Position numbers and translations under genes: made by a program. From Chlorokybus atmophyticus (taxonomy: Eukaryota; Plantae; Mesostigma and Chlorokybus algae): a stretch of DNA of 5,761 nt. Shown here in pieces: positions 5,264-5,761 of the stretch. Where the stretch lies: contig RHPI01000462.1 in the NCBI GenBank assembly GCA_009103225.1, forward strand, positions 1 through 5,761, given 5' to 3'. The notes below the pieces were generated by a model. It worked only from the letters and a program-made list of their open reading frames with translations, made no database searches and had not been told where the DNA came from. The first letter of the stretch is position 1; every line of letters starts with the position of its first letter.

Positions 5264-5761
5264 TACAAAATTCCGTGCAAGGAACTGAATGACCATTCCA
5301 AGTGTTGCCTCGTATGACATGAATGTTGTGACAGCATCAGAGGACTCCTTTGAATGCAGGCAGCTGTGCTCAATGAACTTATAGACTGTTATGATTAACC
5401 GTACTGTCTTTGCGACTGCATCAAACATACTCTCATTTGAGAAATGATTGCAGATTCACATATAAAGGATAAATAAGATATTCATGCGCATCATTATCAA
5501 CCGAGTTGCAAGCTATTGCGGTGAGAGTCCACCCCTTTACAGCCGGCTGCTTCACGTAGTCAAGTTGTGAATGCGATGCATACATGCTTGAGTGTGTACA
5601 TGGGCATTTGCGTCTCAGCACTGATTATACACACGCACACACATCGAAGTCGTACCATATTTACTCGTGTACATACAGCCCCCAAAAAAACAAAGCCCCA
5701 CCCTCTATACAAAGGAAGCATTGAACATTTTTACAACCCTTGAAAAACAGCGCCCGACGCG

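Noticed and set aside
4464-5317. Plus-strand ORFs 4464-4985, 4660-5082 and 4925-5317
   Set aside because: Antisense to PPT1 exons 1-3. No motifs and no supporting splice structure.
1-5761. CRISPR array, rRNA/tRNA, transposase or prokaryotic operon
   Set aside because: No regularly spaced repeats, cloverleaf, rRNA-conserved segments or transposase motifs. The architecture is plainly spliceosomal eukaryotic.

Overview
Gene-dense eukaryotic nuclear DNA with GT-AG introns and TGCAG-type acceptors. It is most likely from a green-lineage alga: the homologues are plant-type, there is a plastid transit peptide, and the introns are TG/CA-rich. The species cannot be determined from sequence alone. The ORF track is misleading because all three real genes are spliced; I rebuilt them by hand. 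(1) Minus strand, 1138->18, running off the left edge: a plastid PAP/fibrillin (FBN3-like), with 3 exons in the window. (2) Plus strand, 1565->2330, divergent from (1): a small DnaJ-type cysteine-rich zinc-finger protein without a J domain (about 112 aa, 3 exons, the last carrying only 4 coding nt). (3) Minus strand, 5127->3101, convergent with (2): a complete 12-exon, 311-aa palmitoyl-protein thioesterase (PPT1 family) with signal peptide and intact Ser-Asp-His triad. I see no RNA genes, CRISPR arrays or convincing mobile elements, and no demonstrable novel multi-gene system. The best second-look items are regulatory or splicing-related. These are a GTAC cluster, an 18-bp hairpin and a 12-bp palindromic G-box upstream of PPT1, introns at or beside the stop codons of both convergent genes, and a speculative UGA-x-x-Cys tail on the zinc-finger gene.
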